Below are positions 35,216 to 47,101 of a stretch of DNA of 60,932 bases, in pieces. The notes beneath the pieces were generated by a model. That model made no database searches. It was not told the origin of the DNA and was given only the letters and a program-made list of their open reading frames with translations. The position numbers and the translations under genes are program-made. Position 1 is the stretch's first letter. Every line of letters begins with the position of its first letter. The stretch covers positions 1 to 60,932 of the forward strand of contig LXFE01000491.1 of NCBI GenBank assembly GCA_001929475.1, read 5' to 3'. Source of the stretch: Neolecta irregularis DAH-3. Taxonomy: Eukaryota.

Positions 35216-36204
35216 CTATACACTCTCCAAGATCTTTTCCTTGAAGTCCTTAGCACCACCACCAACCTTGGTGCCAACATCGTCAGTCCCATCACCATGT
35301 AGTTCTAAAAGTTTCTGGACTTCGAATTTGGGCGATTTGAGGATCTTGACTTTACGAACATATACCTAGGTACATCAAATGCTGTTACAAGAAGGAGATA
35401 TACGTTTTGGAGAGGAAAGATGCCATGGGTTGCTTTCTCGATTTCTCGTCCAATGACTTCGGGTACGAGTTTCTGAACGAGTTCTTTCAAGGAGCATGAA
35501 CTCGCTTCCTTTTGCATGATTTCAAACATCTTCTTTCGAATCTGTCGGATTTGAGATGATTGAGCTGATTATTAGTCCGCTGTTGGTAATAAAATGGGCA
35601 AACCGTATGTAGTCTTTTTGATTTGATTCTGCCGTCTCTTTGTAAATGCAATGACGAACAATCGAATGAGGTAGCCGTCAGTGGTCTTCACATCAGAATG
35701 AGCCTCGATCAACTAATCAATGTCAACATCTGAATTTCTCCAAGAGGAAAATACAGTCTGCCATTTTCGAACGAGCGACCGCAACTTATCAGAAGTAAAA
35801 TCCATCCCATGGAAATTCGTCAAGCAGTTTTTCCCCTGAATTTCATCGACGCGCAGTTTAACTTTTCGAAAAGCGTGTTCTTCATCCTTTTGGAGATCGG
35901 CGAGTGAAACTTCGAGGACTCGCCCTTTCAATGCATCATTTGCAATTTCTAAACATTGGTAAAAATGAATTCACGGACTGGTAGAAGGACATACTGAGAC
36001 CGGCCGTCCTGTTCACAAGGGTCTTTCCGACATTTCGAACTTCAAACATTGAGGGTGCTTTGATATCGTACCAATCCTTTCGGGCGAAGGCATCGACGGC
36101 TTTTCTCTTGGTAGGCTTCTTCCCTTTCGAGAGACGTTTATTCTTTCCGACAGCTATGAATTCCCATCAACATTATCCTCTCGAGAAATGGTAGGTTTAC
36201 CCAT
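35216..36204 (-). CDS. RPS1: 40S ribosomal protein eS1/S3a (6 exons)
   Basis: [83 protein letters not shown]. Confidence 0.98.
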
Positions 36205-36460
36205 GTTGATATATACTTTGGCGGAGGTGTCTCGATGGGAAGCGGCTTGATTCGTGGCCGAGTTTTCCAAGGTTGGACTGTTTTTGGAAAGTAGAGCAAA
36301 TTTACGGCATTTTTGAACTCCCCCTCCAAATACACGCTTCTTCATCAGTTGCCCGGATTGACTAACAAAGTAGACAAAGTAGAACCCAGTATGATTTACC
36401 ACACAATCAAGATATTCAAACGATGATTAATACAGATGACCCTTGTGCCGTGATCTTAAA

Positions 36461-37220
36461 TCACACTTTATCCCGTTTTGCAGCCATCAACTGTCTATAC
36501 TGGTCAATTACTCTTTGCCTCTCGAATCCCAAAACAGCTTTTTTCGCCAAACTCAGCTTTCTGGGTAAATTTTCTGCCATGAATTTTGCGGGTTTAGACA
36601 AAGAAGGCGGCGCCTGGACGATGTCTCCAAACTTTGGTTTTTTGGCAAGGTGAGCAAAAGGATCAGGGGACTGACCACGCGGAGTTGACGTCTTGGACTT
36701 CCGTTTCCTGGCCCGGCTGTAGTCTTCCCTTAGACCCTCAGCGTCATGATCTTGCGGTATGTTAGACGCCTTTGATTTTTTCGACAGTGGTTCTGCATGT
36801 CGGTATTTAGCAACTGGAAGCTCTAGATCAACTCGTCTATGCTGTAAGTCTTCATTCAACAAAACAAAGTATGTACCTGGAAAAATCATGCAATTTTTCA
36901 CCCGGAAACGGCACCAACTTTTCAGTATTCTTCACTTTTCTCTCACCAGCAATGTTCTTTTTCGCCTCGAATTTTTCGCCGGTATCTTCCGTCGACTTTT
37001 GCACGCCTTTCATCATCCGCAGAAAAGATTTTGGTGTAGCTCCACCTTCAACAATCGTTCGCTCACAATTCTCGAATTTCCTAGTTCTTTTCGGCTGTGT
37101 GAAATCTTCAGGCGGTGCGTTAGGCCTGATTCAGTCAATTTTCTACTTTCTATCATGACAATGGCAATACTTGGCTTTATTTGCGTCCCGGATAGATTTC
37201 TTTTTCCGTTTATGAGGCAT
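36461..37220 (-). CDS. Basic probable nucleolar protein, CCDC137-like (3 exons)
   Basis: MPHKRKKKSIRD..., TPKSFLRMM, PGEKLHDFSR|RVDLELP, SPDPFAHL, FGDIVQAPPSL and ERQRVIDQYRQLMAAKR. Confidence 0.75.
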
Positions 37221-37492
37221 CGTGCGTTTCTAGTCAAATTTTGTTGTCGTGGCGGCGTCAATTCACCCGATCTGGAATTATTATCGATAAAAACAACGGA
37301 CTTGTGATTATTCTTGAGATCGCTGAAATACAGTAGGTGGGCCATTCTTCAGATGCTCAGTACGATGGATTTCTTGCGGGACGAGATAGAAACGATCTGG
37401 CTGACATGTTATGCAAAAAGATATACATATATTGGTATATTTGCTATATCTATTTTAGAATAAAGGTGAGATAAGACATAATCAACTTGTAA

Positions 37493-38228
37493 TCATCCGA
37501 CCAGACCCTCTGGATCTTTGGAAGAGTTTCGATTCAATGGGTCTCTCCATTTGTTATTGCCTCCTGTTCTAAATCTTATAAATTCAAGACTGCTAATCGT
37601 GAAGATCAGAAGCCCCAGCCTTGATGTCAGCCTTGTGCCTCTGTTAACGGCCATACCAAATAAACCACAATATTTTAAGTACAGTTTTAGACTTGAAGGG
37701 TCCACCAGGTTTATACAGCCCAAAAGTAATCTCTACCCAGCTGAGCGGCAGTATAATCCATCCAAGAATCCAATGTGGAATGTCCGTAACCCAGGAGTCA
37801 CGTCTTCTGTTCGGAAAATGTCTATGATACAGGGATAGAAAGAACCCAAAAGTGAATTGTGTAAGGAATGCAATGTAAATTGCTAGACCGAGCCGTTTAT
37901 GGAAGTTGTTGAATTGATATATTGAGGCTGCTCGAATCAGTTGAACAGTATATGAATTGTCACGTACAGAGATAAACCGCAATGGTAAATGATATGGATA
38001 TAAGGATCGCAGCAACTGTCTGCAAGCCGACATGAACTACGATGAATTCCTTAGGACCATTCCTTGGAAGTCGTCGAAGGTGACGTGCTAAAATAATTCT
38101 GGAATTATTGAGACGCCCTGAACGTACGCTTACGCTGTAGGAACTGCTACTCCAAATGTGACGAACATCATAATGCCATGGGCATTCCAGCTTTGTGAGA
38201 TACTAGGTTTCACTCGTGGTGTAGACAT
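37493..38228 (-). CDS. Cytochrome b561-domain membrane protein (4 exons)
   Basis: Four heme-ligand His motifs after splicing: AHGIMMFVTFG, VHVGLQ, FHKRLGL and PHWILG. Confidence 0.8.
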
Positions 38229-39184
38229 GCTTGTTGAAATTCAAGAGGCAATAGGATGTGAGATTCGGTTTTATAGCAACCGATCAGGTTGAATCTTCTC
38301 AAGCCTGACAAAGAAAATAAAGAAGCTCAAAATAAACAGGAGCGATCTTTTTAGTACAAAAGTTGATCAGACTATCACTCATGATTTGAAATAGACCCCC
38401 GAAATTACAGGGTATGCTGAATAATGCAGTGTCTTTTGTCGAGAGCATCAACATTAGTGGTATTCTATTGGGAATGTATTTTGGCGTTTGAAGAGTACCC
38501 AGCGCTCCAAGTGTCTCACGAGAAGACGAATCGACTACCGGCAATCATAGCCCGGCTAAAACCTGACCGTTCATCTTGGCGCGACGAGTAAGCTCACACC
38601 CGCCAGCCCAATGTTTTCTCAACAATTAAAAAGATGATCATATCATCCGAAGTCAAAGTATTTTGGAAGCGGATGAGCAGGATTTTGAAGTTTCAATGGC
38701 ATATTTAGCCCGTAAGATAATAGAGAGCCATCTCTACAAGCGCATGATTTAACCAAATCAAAAAATAATTTGAACTCGAAAACAAACAACAGGAGTAGCA
38801 ATTAAAAGGGCCATTACTTTAATGAAACCCAGAACAAAAAGAAAAGGGGAACGATGACCAAGTCGATATAGTCTATTCGTATCCCAAGCCCAAGCGTAAA
38901 TTTAAACAAGACCTCACTTGTAACAAATGGTGAAACTCGAATTTCAACTTGTGGTGACCTGCATAAATCAACGCTGACAAAGAAACTCAAAAATTAATAC
39001 TTGACTCTAGTCCCCGTCCCTGGTGAGAAATGGGGGAATTGAGGGTTTTAATTCGAAACTCTGGTCTAGAAGGCAGGGAACAAGAAGATAAAAACCTGTG
39101 CCTAGACTCAAAGACGATTTTTCAGAGTTGATATTTTTGAGCCAATGATCCTGCATTTAAAGCAGCAGTGATATTGAGGGTGTA

Positions 39185-39914
39185 GGAAGTTGATGCCAAG
39201 ATGGATTGGCCCTTATCCCATAACCCATGTTGGTGTCAGTGAAAATTACGAGCTAAAACTGCCACCTGACATGCGGAATTTTAACAAGTTCCACACCTTG
39301 CTTCTTAAGAAATTTCACGGGAATAACACTACATTATTCCCTAATCGACCACTGTATTATCCCCTACCAATTCATTTCGAAGACAGGTACCCAATGCATG
39401 AGGTTGAGAAGATTTACAACCATCAGATCTCGGGAGGGGAAAATTTTGCCTTGTCAAATGGAAAAGATTCTCAGATGAGGAGATATCATGGGAATCCGAA
39501 ATTCACATGAAAAATGTGCAAGCTTCAATTCAATCTTTTCTTAGCTCGAGGTCAAGAAAACTGGAATGCGAATTCTGGCAGACCAGGAGGGTGTGGAAAA
39601 AGTCTACCGCACCCTGGCCAGTCCCAGCAGAGCGACCGCCGCAACTCGAGCCCAGGAAGCAGCAAGGGACGCAGCCCCTCCCATTCAGGCCGATCACAGG
39701 CATTGCCACCCAGCAAGTCAAAGGGAGGAAAACAGGCAGAAGATGGTAGCAAGCACATGTGCTTAGCCTGTATATAAGTAGTGTTTAGCCGGACTAGCTG
39801 ACTAGACTTAACCCCCGATATCCAATATACGTAATTGCTTTAACTTGAAGCACCTGTGGCAGAATACCCAACCTATGTCCATACCAGCACCCACCCCAAG
39901 GTTGTGTGCCGACA
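39185..39914 (+). mobile_element. 3' remnant of a Ty3/Gypsy chromovirus (integrase C-terminus, chromodomain, PPT, probable LTR about 39592-39914)
   Basis: KLMPRWIGPYPI...YELKLP...FHTLLLK (GPY/F region). Frameshifted chromodomain EVEKIYNH / LVKWKRFSDEEISWE. Purine tract AGGAGGG, then TGT...ACA containing TATATAA. Confidence 0.85.
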
Positions 39915-40115
39915 GAGGGTGTATGCATTGTCAAACTACTTTTGAAATTAACATTCGCTATCAAACGTTGACATTATTGGATAGAATATGTGAATGGAAT
40001 TTCCATACAAGATAACTGACAAAAGAGAAAAATATGATAATGAATAGAAATACTTATATAATGAAACCACTGACGCAAAGCTCTAGCACCCAAGAAATCT
40101 AGCAAACACAAAGGT

Positions 40116-42212
40116 TCAATTTGCGATTGTACCAGTAGTGACAAAAGATTGCGCTTTTTCCAAATTATACTTGAACGATAGCCAAAGCTAGGTCAGTCAG
40201 CAAGAGCCAAAACTGGGCTAGACACACTCTTGAAGTAGAACCGTTTCTATCCATCTCAACAACAATGATATCAACCGTCTCCGTCCGTTTCTTATCATTC
40301 ATCGAAGCAAATTCGCGGCTTTTTCGGGGCGCCATGTATCCCATAGTAGTCAAGGCAGACTCGATTTCTGACCGAAGATTGAATCTCCAATGATAGAATT
40401 TATGATACCACCTCGCACGAGCCAATATCTCAGTATGAGTAACAAAACTTGTATACCATGACAAAAGCGACCGAGAAACCAGGCTCGATCGTCATCCACG
40501 ATACTGCTGGTTGAATCAGAATCAGAATCACTGGAACTCGTGGGCATTAATGTATCTCGATGATACCTAGGACCCTGGAACCGAACAATCCAAGTTGCAT
40601 TGCTAACGATTAGGGTTGAAAGTGTGGATGATACCGATTGGTGATATTACAAGCGTCGCAACGCATCCCTGTATTGCTCTCTGCATCACTGAAAATAGGT
40701 CTCGCTTTGATCGCCGAAGAAAAATTATGTTTCCAAGCGGTTGAAATAAGAACGGAATCACGAATAGAATCAACTTTCTTCTCAAATGCCTTTAACGCCA
40801 ACTGAAAGTAGTTTTGGTCCAAATTCATTGCTGGGTTAAGTAAACGATGAACTTCATATTGAACGAGCACTTTGAAATGATGCGAGAGCTTTTGGTGAGA
40901 TTGCATTTGAAATTCAACAGGCATCTGGGTACTATCGAAATCTTCGTCCTCAGATTCGACTATAAAGTTTTCAGAGTTTACGGATCCCGAAGATTTTTCG
41001 CTTGTGCTATCATACAGCGGTTGACTATCTGTAGAAGAATCAACGTCATAGTTGTCTGTGTTGGAAGGCGCGATTCCTTTGCGCTCTAATAGTTAGATCC
41101 AAATTATGACAAAAGCGCTTCACTATTGCGAAGAGTGGCAAGTAATCTCTGTCGATTTGAAAGGGCCTTATTTCGACTGCTCTCGTCCCGTGTGCGTTTC
41201 GCCAACACTTCTATAATGTTAATAGAAATACGGAAAGAGTAATACTCCCGGCATCTAGCATCTTGATTTCATCTTCCAATTCTTCTACTTGCGATCCTGT
41301 ATCCTGTTCATCTGTACTCAGGATGCGATTTTTCTGACATGTTCTCAAAAGTCGAGGTTTCTTTGACGATGAGACTGCGCCTTCAATGTGGCATTTCCTC
41401 TCTGCAAGTTTTGGTTGCTCCATTTTAATTTCTTTGAAACTCTTCCTGTCCTCATCGGCGTCATGATTATCATATTTATTTAAGAGTAGAGAACGAGATC
41501 CCAGTGGAGGGGGTTCGGAGATATCTGCATCAGGGCTAACCGAGAAAAGAGAATCGACTTGGTCTGAAGATAGCTTCCCAGTGGTAAATTTCGAAGGATT
41601 TTCTAGAACCGATCCTTCAGGCGGTGTCCAGGCATTTTGCCTTGGTTTATCTGGGAATATTTCAGTGGCCACATCCAACCTTGTTTGTTTCAACTTGAAT
41701 TTTTTGTCGACACGAGTATCCAGAGGCTTATGATGTTTTGTGGGTCCAGATATTTCGGATGCAGCGCAATTTCCTGGCGCCTGGTCTCTAACGACAGATG
41801 TTCGTTTGCACTTCTTGACTCTTGCTGGGTGTCCAAGCCCATTGTTAGATAGACGAGTCTGTCTCGGACCAGAGGATTTTTCTTTTACTCTATTTGACTT
41901 CTGTTTTGGAGTTTTCGTCATCCCTTGAACGGGACCGCCTCTATTTTGTGGTGTATTTTCTAATTCTTTACTCGGCGGTAGCTGGGTGGATACAATATTC
42001 GATGGAGATTTCGATAGCTTTCGCTTGCGCTGAATAACTTGTACAAGTTCTCCAGGTCTGACAGGAGACACGGCTTGATTCACCTTTAGCGGATCCTCGC
42101 CATCATGAATAGTTGCATAAATAAGAGGACGTTCAGTGATATGACCCTTGGGTTCTTTTGTTTTCTTTTCTGGAGTATTCTGTCCTCTATCCTGTGATTT
42201 TCGGGCAGGCAT
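40116..42212 (-). CDS. DUF4211/CCDC82-like protein (6 exons)
   Basis: Disordered basic N-half. C-terminal STAWKHNF..AIKARP, CDACN and WFLGRFCHARARWYHKFYHW. One intron needs a non-AG acceptor. Confidence 0.8.
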
Positions 42213-42346
42213 TCAGATGATTCGTCAGATGATCCGATTAGCAAGGCGGGATGGTATCGATAAGCAGCCGGCAGTATTTGCATGTGCGGGGCTAATTAGC
42301 GGCAACCACCATGATCCCACTGGTCGAGCCATCTTGAAACAATATT

Positions 42347-43876
42347 ATGATGCCCTCAGACCCGTTGCCAGAAATATTCCAGGCGCACCTTGAAGAGACT
42401 CTGGCGCTGCAGCAGAAGGTGCGCGCGTGCTTGGGATCGGTGCTGCGGGATTATACAGCCAGAGAAGCCGACTATGCCGCGTCCGCAGATTACCTGCAAG
42501 ACACCGTTTCAGTTTTCAAGTTCTACCGCAGGGCGAAATTTGACATGGACAAAGCAGCAGCAGCTATCCTGGATAACGTGTTGTGGAGAATCGGGTTCTC
42601 GGAAGCCGAACCCAAAGACACCGTTGCCCATATGAGCCTGGCATCTTTCGATCAAACACTCAAAGCTCTTGTTTATGGACTGTTTTTCATTATTCCACAC
42701 GCCTTTGATATACACGGGAGGCCTGTTGGGGTGCTCCGAGTACGAAATATGATCCGCGAAAACGGCGACGCTGGCACAAAGGCCATCAAAGATCTCATTG
42801 CTTTCCAGCTCGAAATAGCGCGCAAATATATGTGGGCGTTGACTTCAGAAAACTGGGAAGAATTCGGAATGGAGGCAAGTAAAGCGATTACTAGATTCGT
42901 GGTCGTTGTAGACCTGGAAGGAGCTGGCATGTCCAACGTGGTACTTGAATATGCTTTTTGGTATAAATTCATCTTCTAGGCTGCCAATCTGATACCCTAC
43001 TTTATCGGTCTGTTGCGCTATCACTTTCCTTTGTCCATAGCGTCCGGTATATCTTCAAATATCCCTTCGAAACACCAACTTCATAGTCTACGTTTTGAAC
43101 TATAGTTGCTGGCATTTGGGCATCTGGCAGGTGGCAAAGCAAACCCTCCCCGAATCAGCTCTAAAAAGACTTAAATTTCTCTCCAAGGAAGAGATACAGT
43201 CATTTATAACTGCTTCGAATCTTCCCCAAGGTTTCTCAGATAAGCGGTGTCTACTAACTTCGCAGAATTTGGCGGAACCATGGAATATATCTACAATTAC
43301 ACCAACGATGAGATTCTCGTACAGTACGGTTTCCCTCGGCGGTACGTTGATGCCGAATTATACGGGCTCCAAAGACCAAAATCATGCGAGTCCATCGCAG
43401 ATGTCTTTGTCACGGCAACACCAAATACTCCGCTACATTCCAGAAGCCCATCGGTATCCGAAAACTTTAAAATACCATCCTCCCTGCGTATGACTGTACG
43501 TGCCCGAATACCAACAGAGCCACTTGCCCAGCTCACAGAGGTAAATCTCAACCAAATCGACCGCAAACTGGAAAGTCATGTACAAGAGTTGTCTAGTACA
43601 TCTGTTGTCTCGTTTGATCCATTTACCACCGCAAATGAGAGTGTGGTTCCCGAGAACAAGCCTATATCAATGCTCTACCACGTTGCACAGGTGGTACATG
43701 ACAACTCTGGTTGGCTATTGAACAAGGCGAAAAAATACGGCAAGAAAGCAGCCATACTTATGACTTATTATATTGTCTTTATGGTGATGTTCAATAAGGG
43801 CGGTTTAGTTGAAAGAGGGTTGAGACTATATCGCAGATCACGCATTCAAACTGCATTTGGACAAAATGAAATATGA
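42347..43876 (+). CDS. CRAL-TRIO (Sec14-like) lipid-binding protein with C-terminal TM (4 exons)
   Basis: FKFYRRAKFD...WR, DIHGRPVGVL, VVVVDLEGAGMSN, HFP...VYVLNY...IWQVAKQTLP and NLPQEFGG. Confidence 0.85.
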
Positions 43877-43879
43877 GGA

Positions 43880-44723
43880 TTAATATTTATTCTTGCTGTT
43901 TTGCGCTCCTAAGTAATTCAGTAAAGTAGGGGTATCTGGTATTCTACGTATAGGTTTCGGGACCTGAGGAATAAGATGCTTTGTTCGGTCATGGAGTATG
44001 GATTCGAACATTGTTAGCTATCGCAGTTAGCTGATTTTCTCACGTCAATGTACAAGTCCCGTCGATGGAATCACGCCTCCTTGAATCCATACTGACCAAG
44101 ATCCCATCATGTTGCCCATAATAACGTCTGTCATTAGTCTATCTCCTATTATTGCAATCTGGTCTGGGTGTGTAACTCCAGTTGAAGTTTCCGATTTGAA
44201 GAACGACATTATCTCTTCGTGACATCCGGGTTTCTATAACAATGAGGAATCAATGACTTTGATGATAACTGACTTTGGTGTCATGCCGAAGAACTTTGAC
44301 TCCAAGCCGTTGTTCTAATTTCATAGCCTGGTTGTTAATTAGATATCTCCAACTCAAGATACTTGATGGTACCCTGGATCGTCTTTAGTTCCCGCAGTAT
44401 TACTTACAATTATAAGTTTATCTCCCGGAAACTCGCCTCGCAACTGTTTCCATCGATCCTACTTGCATCATATTTCCTCTTCAGGTATCCCGATATACCT
44501 CATACTCGTGCCAAACTTCTAATCTATGAGGCCTCGCGAAACAGTTATCCTTGTCCAACACCACAGCCCGTATATCCACCTTTTCCCCAAACTTTGAAAA
44601 CGCACTGAAAAGCGGACATGGTAGATCTCCAAAAGTTGGTAAAATCGAATGCGGACAAATTAATGATGGGCGATATAATAACCGAAAGGCATTGAGCGAT
44701 CCACTCAGATTGAATGACATCAT
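43880..44723 (-). CDS. GEP4: Mitochondrial phosphatidylglycerophosphatase (HAD family)
   Basis: FNLSGSLN, AVVLDKDNCFA, IIVSNTAG, VLRH..KKPGC and IAIIGDRLMTDVIMGNMMG. Confidence 0.93.
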
Positions 44724-44967
44724 TTCGATAAAGTCTCTCTTGGGGTGTATGTAATATGCAAAAGGAATAGTCTGGGTCAAGTCTCGCAGTCAAGTTGAGA
44801 TTACATTCCAGACACATACATACCCTTTGCCGTCTCTTCATTTTGTTTATTCGATTGAATTGAGACAAGTTCCTTATGCGACTGAATTTTGATGTTCTTT
44901 CAGAGGCATATACACATCCATTCAGTTACATTTACACCAAATGTCACGCGAAACACCAAAATCAATA

Positions 44968-46908
44968 ATGCTTGCCCTCCTTCTTGTCCTTTTATGTCAG
45001 ATATCGTTAGTTTTTGGTTATGAGCAATATATCGTATTAATCCGCATTTGTCGCGTCTGTTTACCGGATAGTCTGAAAGTTTCTCTCAGCGTCAACGTTG
45101 CGCTGGAATGTATTCTCGGAAAGACGCAGGGGGAACCATGGATCCATTTATCGAAGGTAACTCTGAAATTTGAAGCGTTTGCCTGATTATAGTAGTCGTG
45201 ATTCTGCCGAGTTTATCTGAAATGACATCAATTGTCAGTTTGGTCATCTTCGAGTTCAAGGATTTGAACAGGCTCGGCAAGGCTCCAGAAGGCAGAAAAG
45301 AGGTATTTTCACGTCATTGGAGGACTACTCAATCTTCCATAGCTGTCATATTTATGCGATACACTGGCCATCGAAGATAAACTCTGCGTGGATGATCAAT
45401 ACGGACGATATCTGGTAAATTTGGATAAGTCCAATAAAACTAGTATTGTGACTGTTGCAATTGATCTGATGGATCCCATTCCTGTCAAGTAAAACTCCTT
45501 CCTGGTGAATTTGCCAAATATCAGGTATCCAATATATTCCACGGGATATTATTGCGTAGGCACCGAGCCATTCATGAATGTGGAATTATATGAAGGAATC
45601 GTTGTTTGGCGTAATTCCTATGGCGAGTTACCCGGTAGGACTGCTTTTATATATTTTCTCACATGAATAGCTGCGGAACTGCCTCGATTGGCATTCTACG
45701 GTGCGTTGACAATTGCTTACGCCTTGCTTGGTGTGTTTTATGGCTTTCTGTATTTTCGACACCGAGACGACATTCTTCCACTGCAAAACTATATCTCGGC
45801 CATGATTGCTTTCCTTGCCATTGAAATGACTTTTATCTGGGGTAGTGTGCCTCCAGTAAATTTTCTAAGTAGCACTTAGGATATTACCACAATGTTGATC
45901 GGTATGGTTATACAGCTTCGAGTCACGGTATTGCCCATGTTTAGATGAATCTGACCTACACAGCCTATCTTGTCTGGGTTGCAATTATGAGTGCCTTTCG
46001 AAATTCCTTCTCACTCTTTCTTCTTTTAATCGTGAGTTGTTTTACGAGACATTGACTGATATTCATGTCTCAATGGGATATAGTATCGTCAAACCATCGC
46101 TTGGAGGGGAAATGAAGCGCATTCGGTTACTTGCGGGAGCTCATTTCATTTTGGGAACAATGTACGCAATCTTGACGATGTTGACATCTCCCGAGGATGG
46201 AGGATTTCTCGTTCTCTTGGTGATACTTCCACTAGCAGCTACTATGACAGCCTTCTATTCCTGGACGCTAAGCTCATTGACAGGAACAATCAAGTATTGC
46301 ACTGTTAATTCACAAAATAACAACTTTAGATACCTTGCAGAAAGAAAACAGCATCAAAAGGGCCTTTTATATCGAAGGATTTGGAGACTCCTTATTTGTA
46401 GTATACTCACACTAGTCGGATTCTTCTTTTTCAATTCAGTTTTGTTTGCCAGAAGGGACGAAATTGATTTCATCGTTACTTTTTGGAAATCTCGCTGGTT
46501 CTTCCTGGATGGTTTGTTCATCGTTGATTTGTTTTATCTTACGGTAAGGTTGGTTGAATGTCATCTACTATGCCGTCTTTGCTACCATCGTCTTTTGGTT
46601 ACGCCCAACAGCCAATAACAAGCGATTCGCAATGAGTCAAGAGGTTCTCTCAGTCGTATTTTTCACAACTTACGTTATAGCTCGCTCAGGAGGACGGTGA
46701 CTTTGAAATTGCAGAATTTGAAAGTGACGTCGAGAGTAACATTGATACAACGCCCCGTGTCTCCTCTGTGCCTCCACATGATCGTCCTCCTCATGAAGAA
46801 CACAACCAACAAATCTTTGATATTGGAGATGAAGACTCCGAGCCTCGTACAAGTCTAGACAGACCAAGTCGAGAGTTTGAAAAGGGCGAGCAAACAGGTT
46901 TGAAATAG
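44968..46908 (+). CDS. PTM1: Ptm1/GPR107-like seven-transmembrane (GOST) protein (about 12 exons)
   Basis: Signal peptide, CAGMYSRK...DPFI, TGYYCV, RNSYGELPA, DILPLQNYI, RNSFSLFLLLIVSMGYSIVKPSL, WKSRWFFLDGWLN and LRPTANNKRFAMSQELAQ. Confidence 0.93.
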
Positions 46909-47101
46909 GATACTTGGAAGGATGGGTGATGGATGGATTCTCGCGATCTTTAGTACAAATTATTTTCTATTCATCAAGGCCAAGCCTGGCATATCTCATC
47001 TATTCTAACGCCTCGGCTAGGAATCTGATTGGTATGGAGATTGGAGGGGTACTTGAGAGAAGGTGTTCGATGCAACTTTTCTATGTATACAAAATCCTAA
47101 T

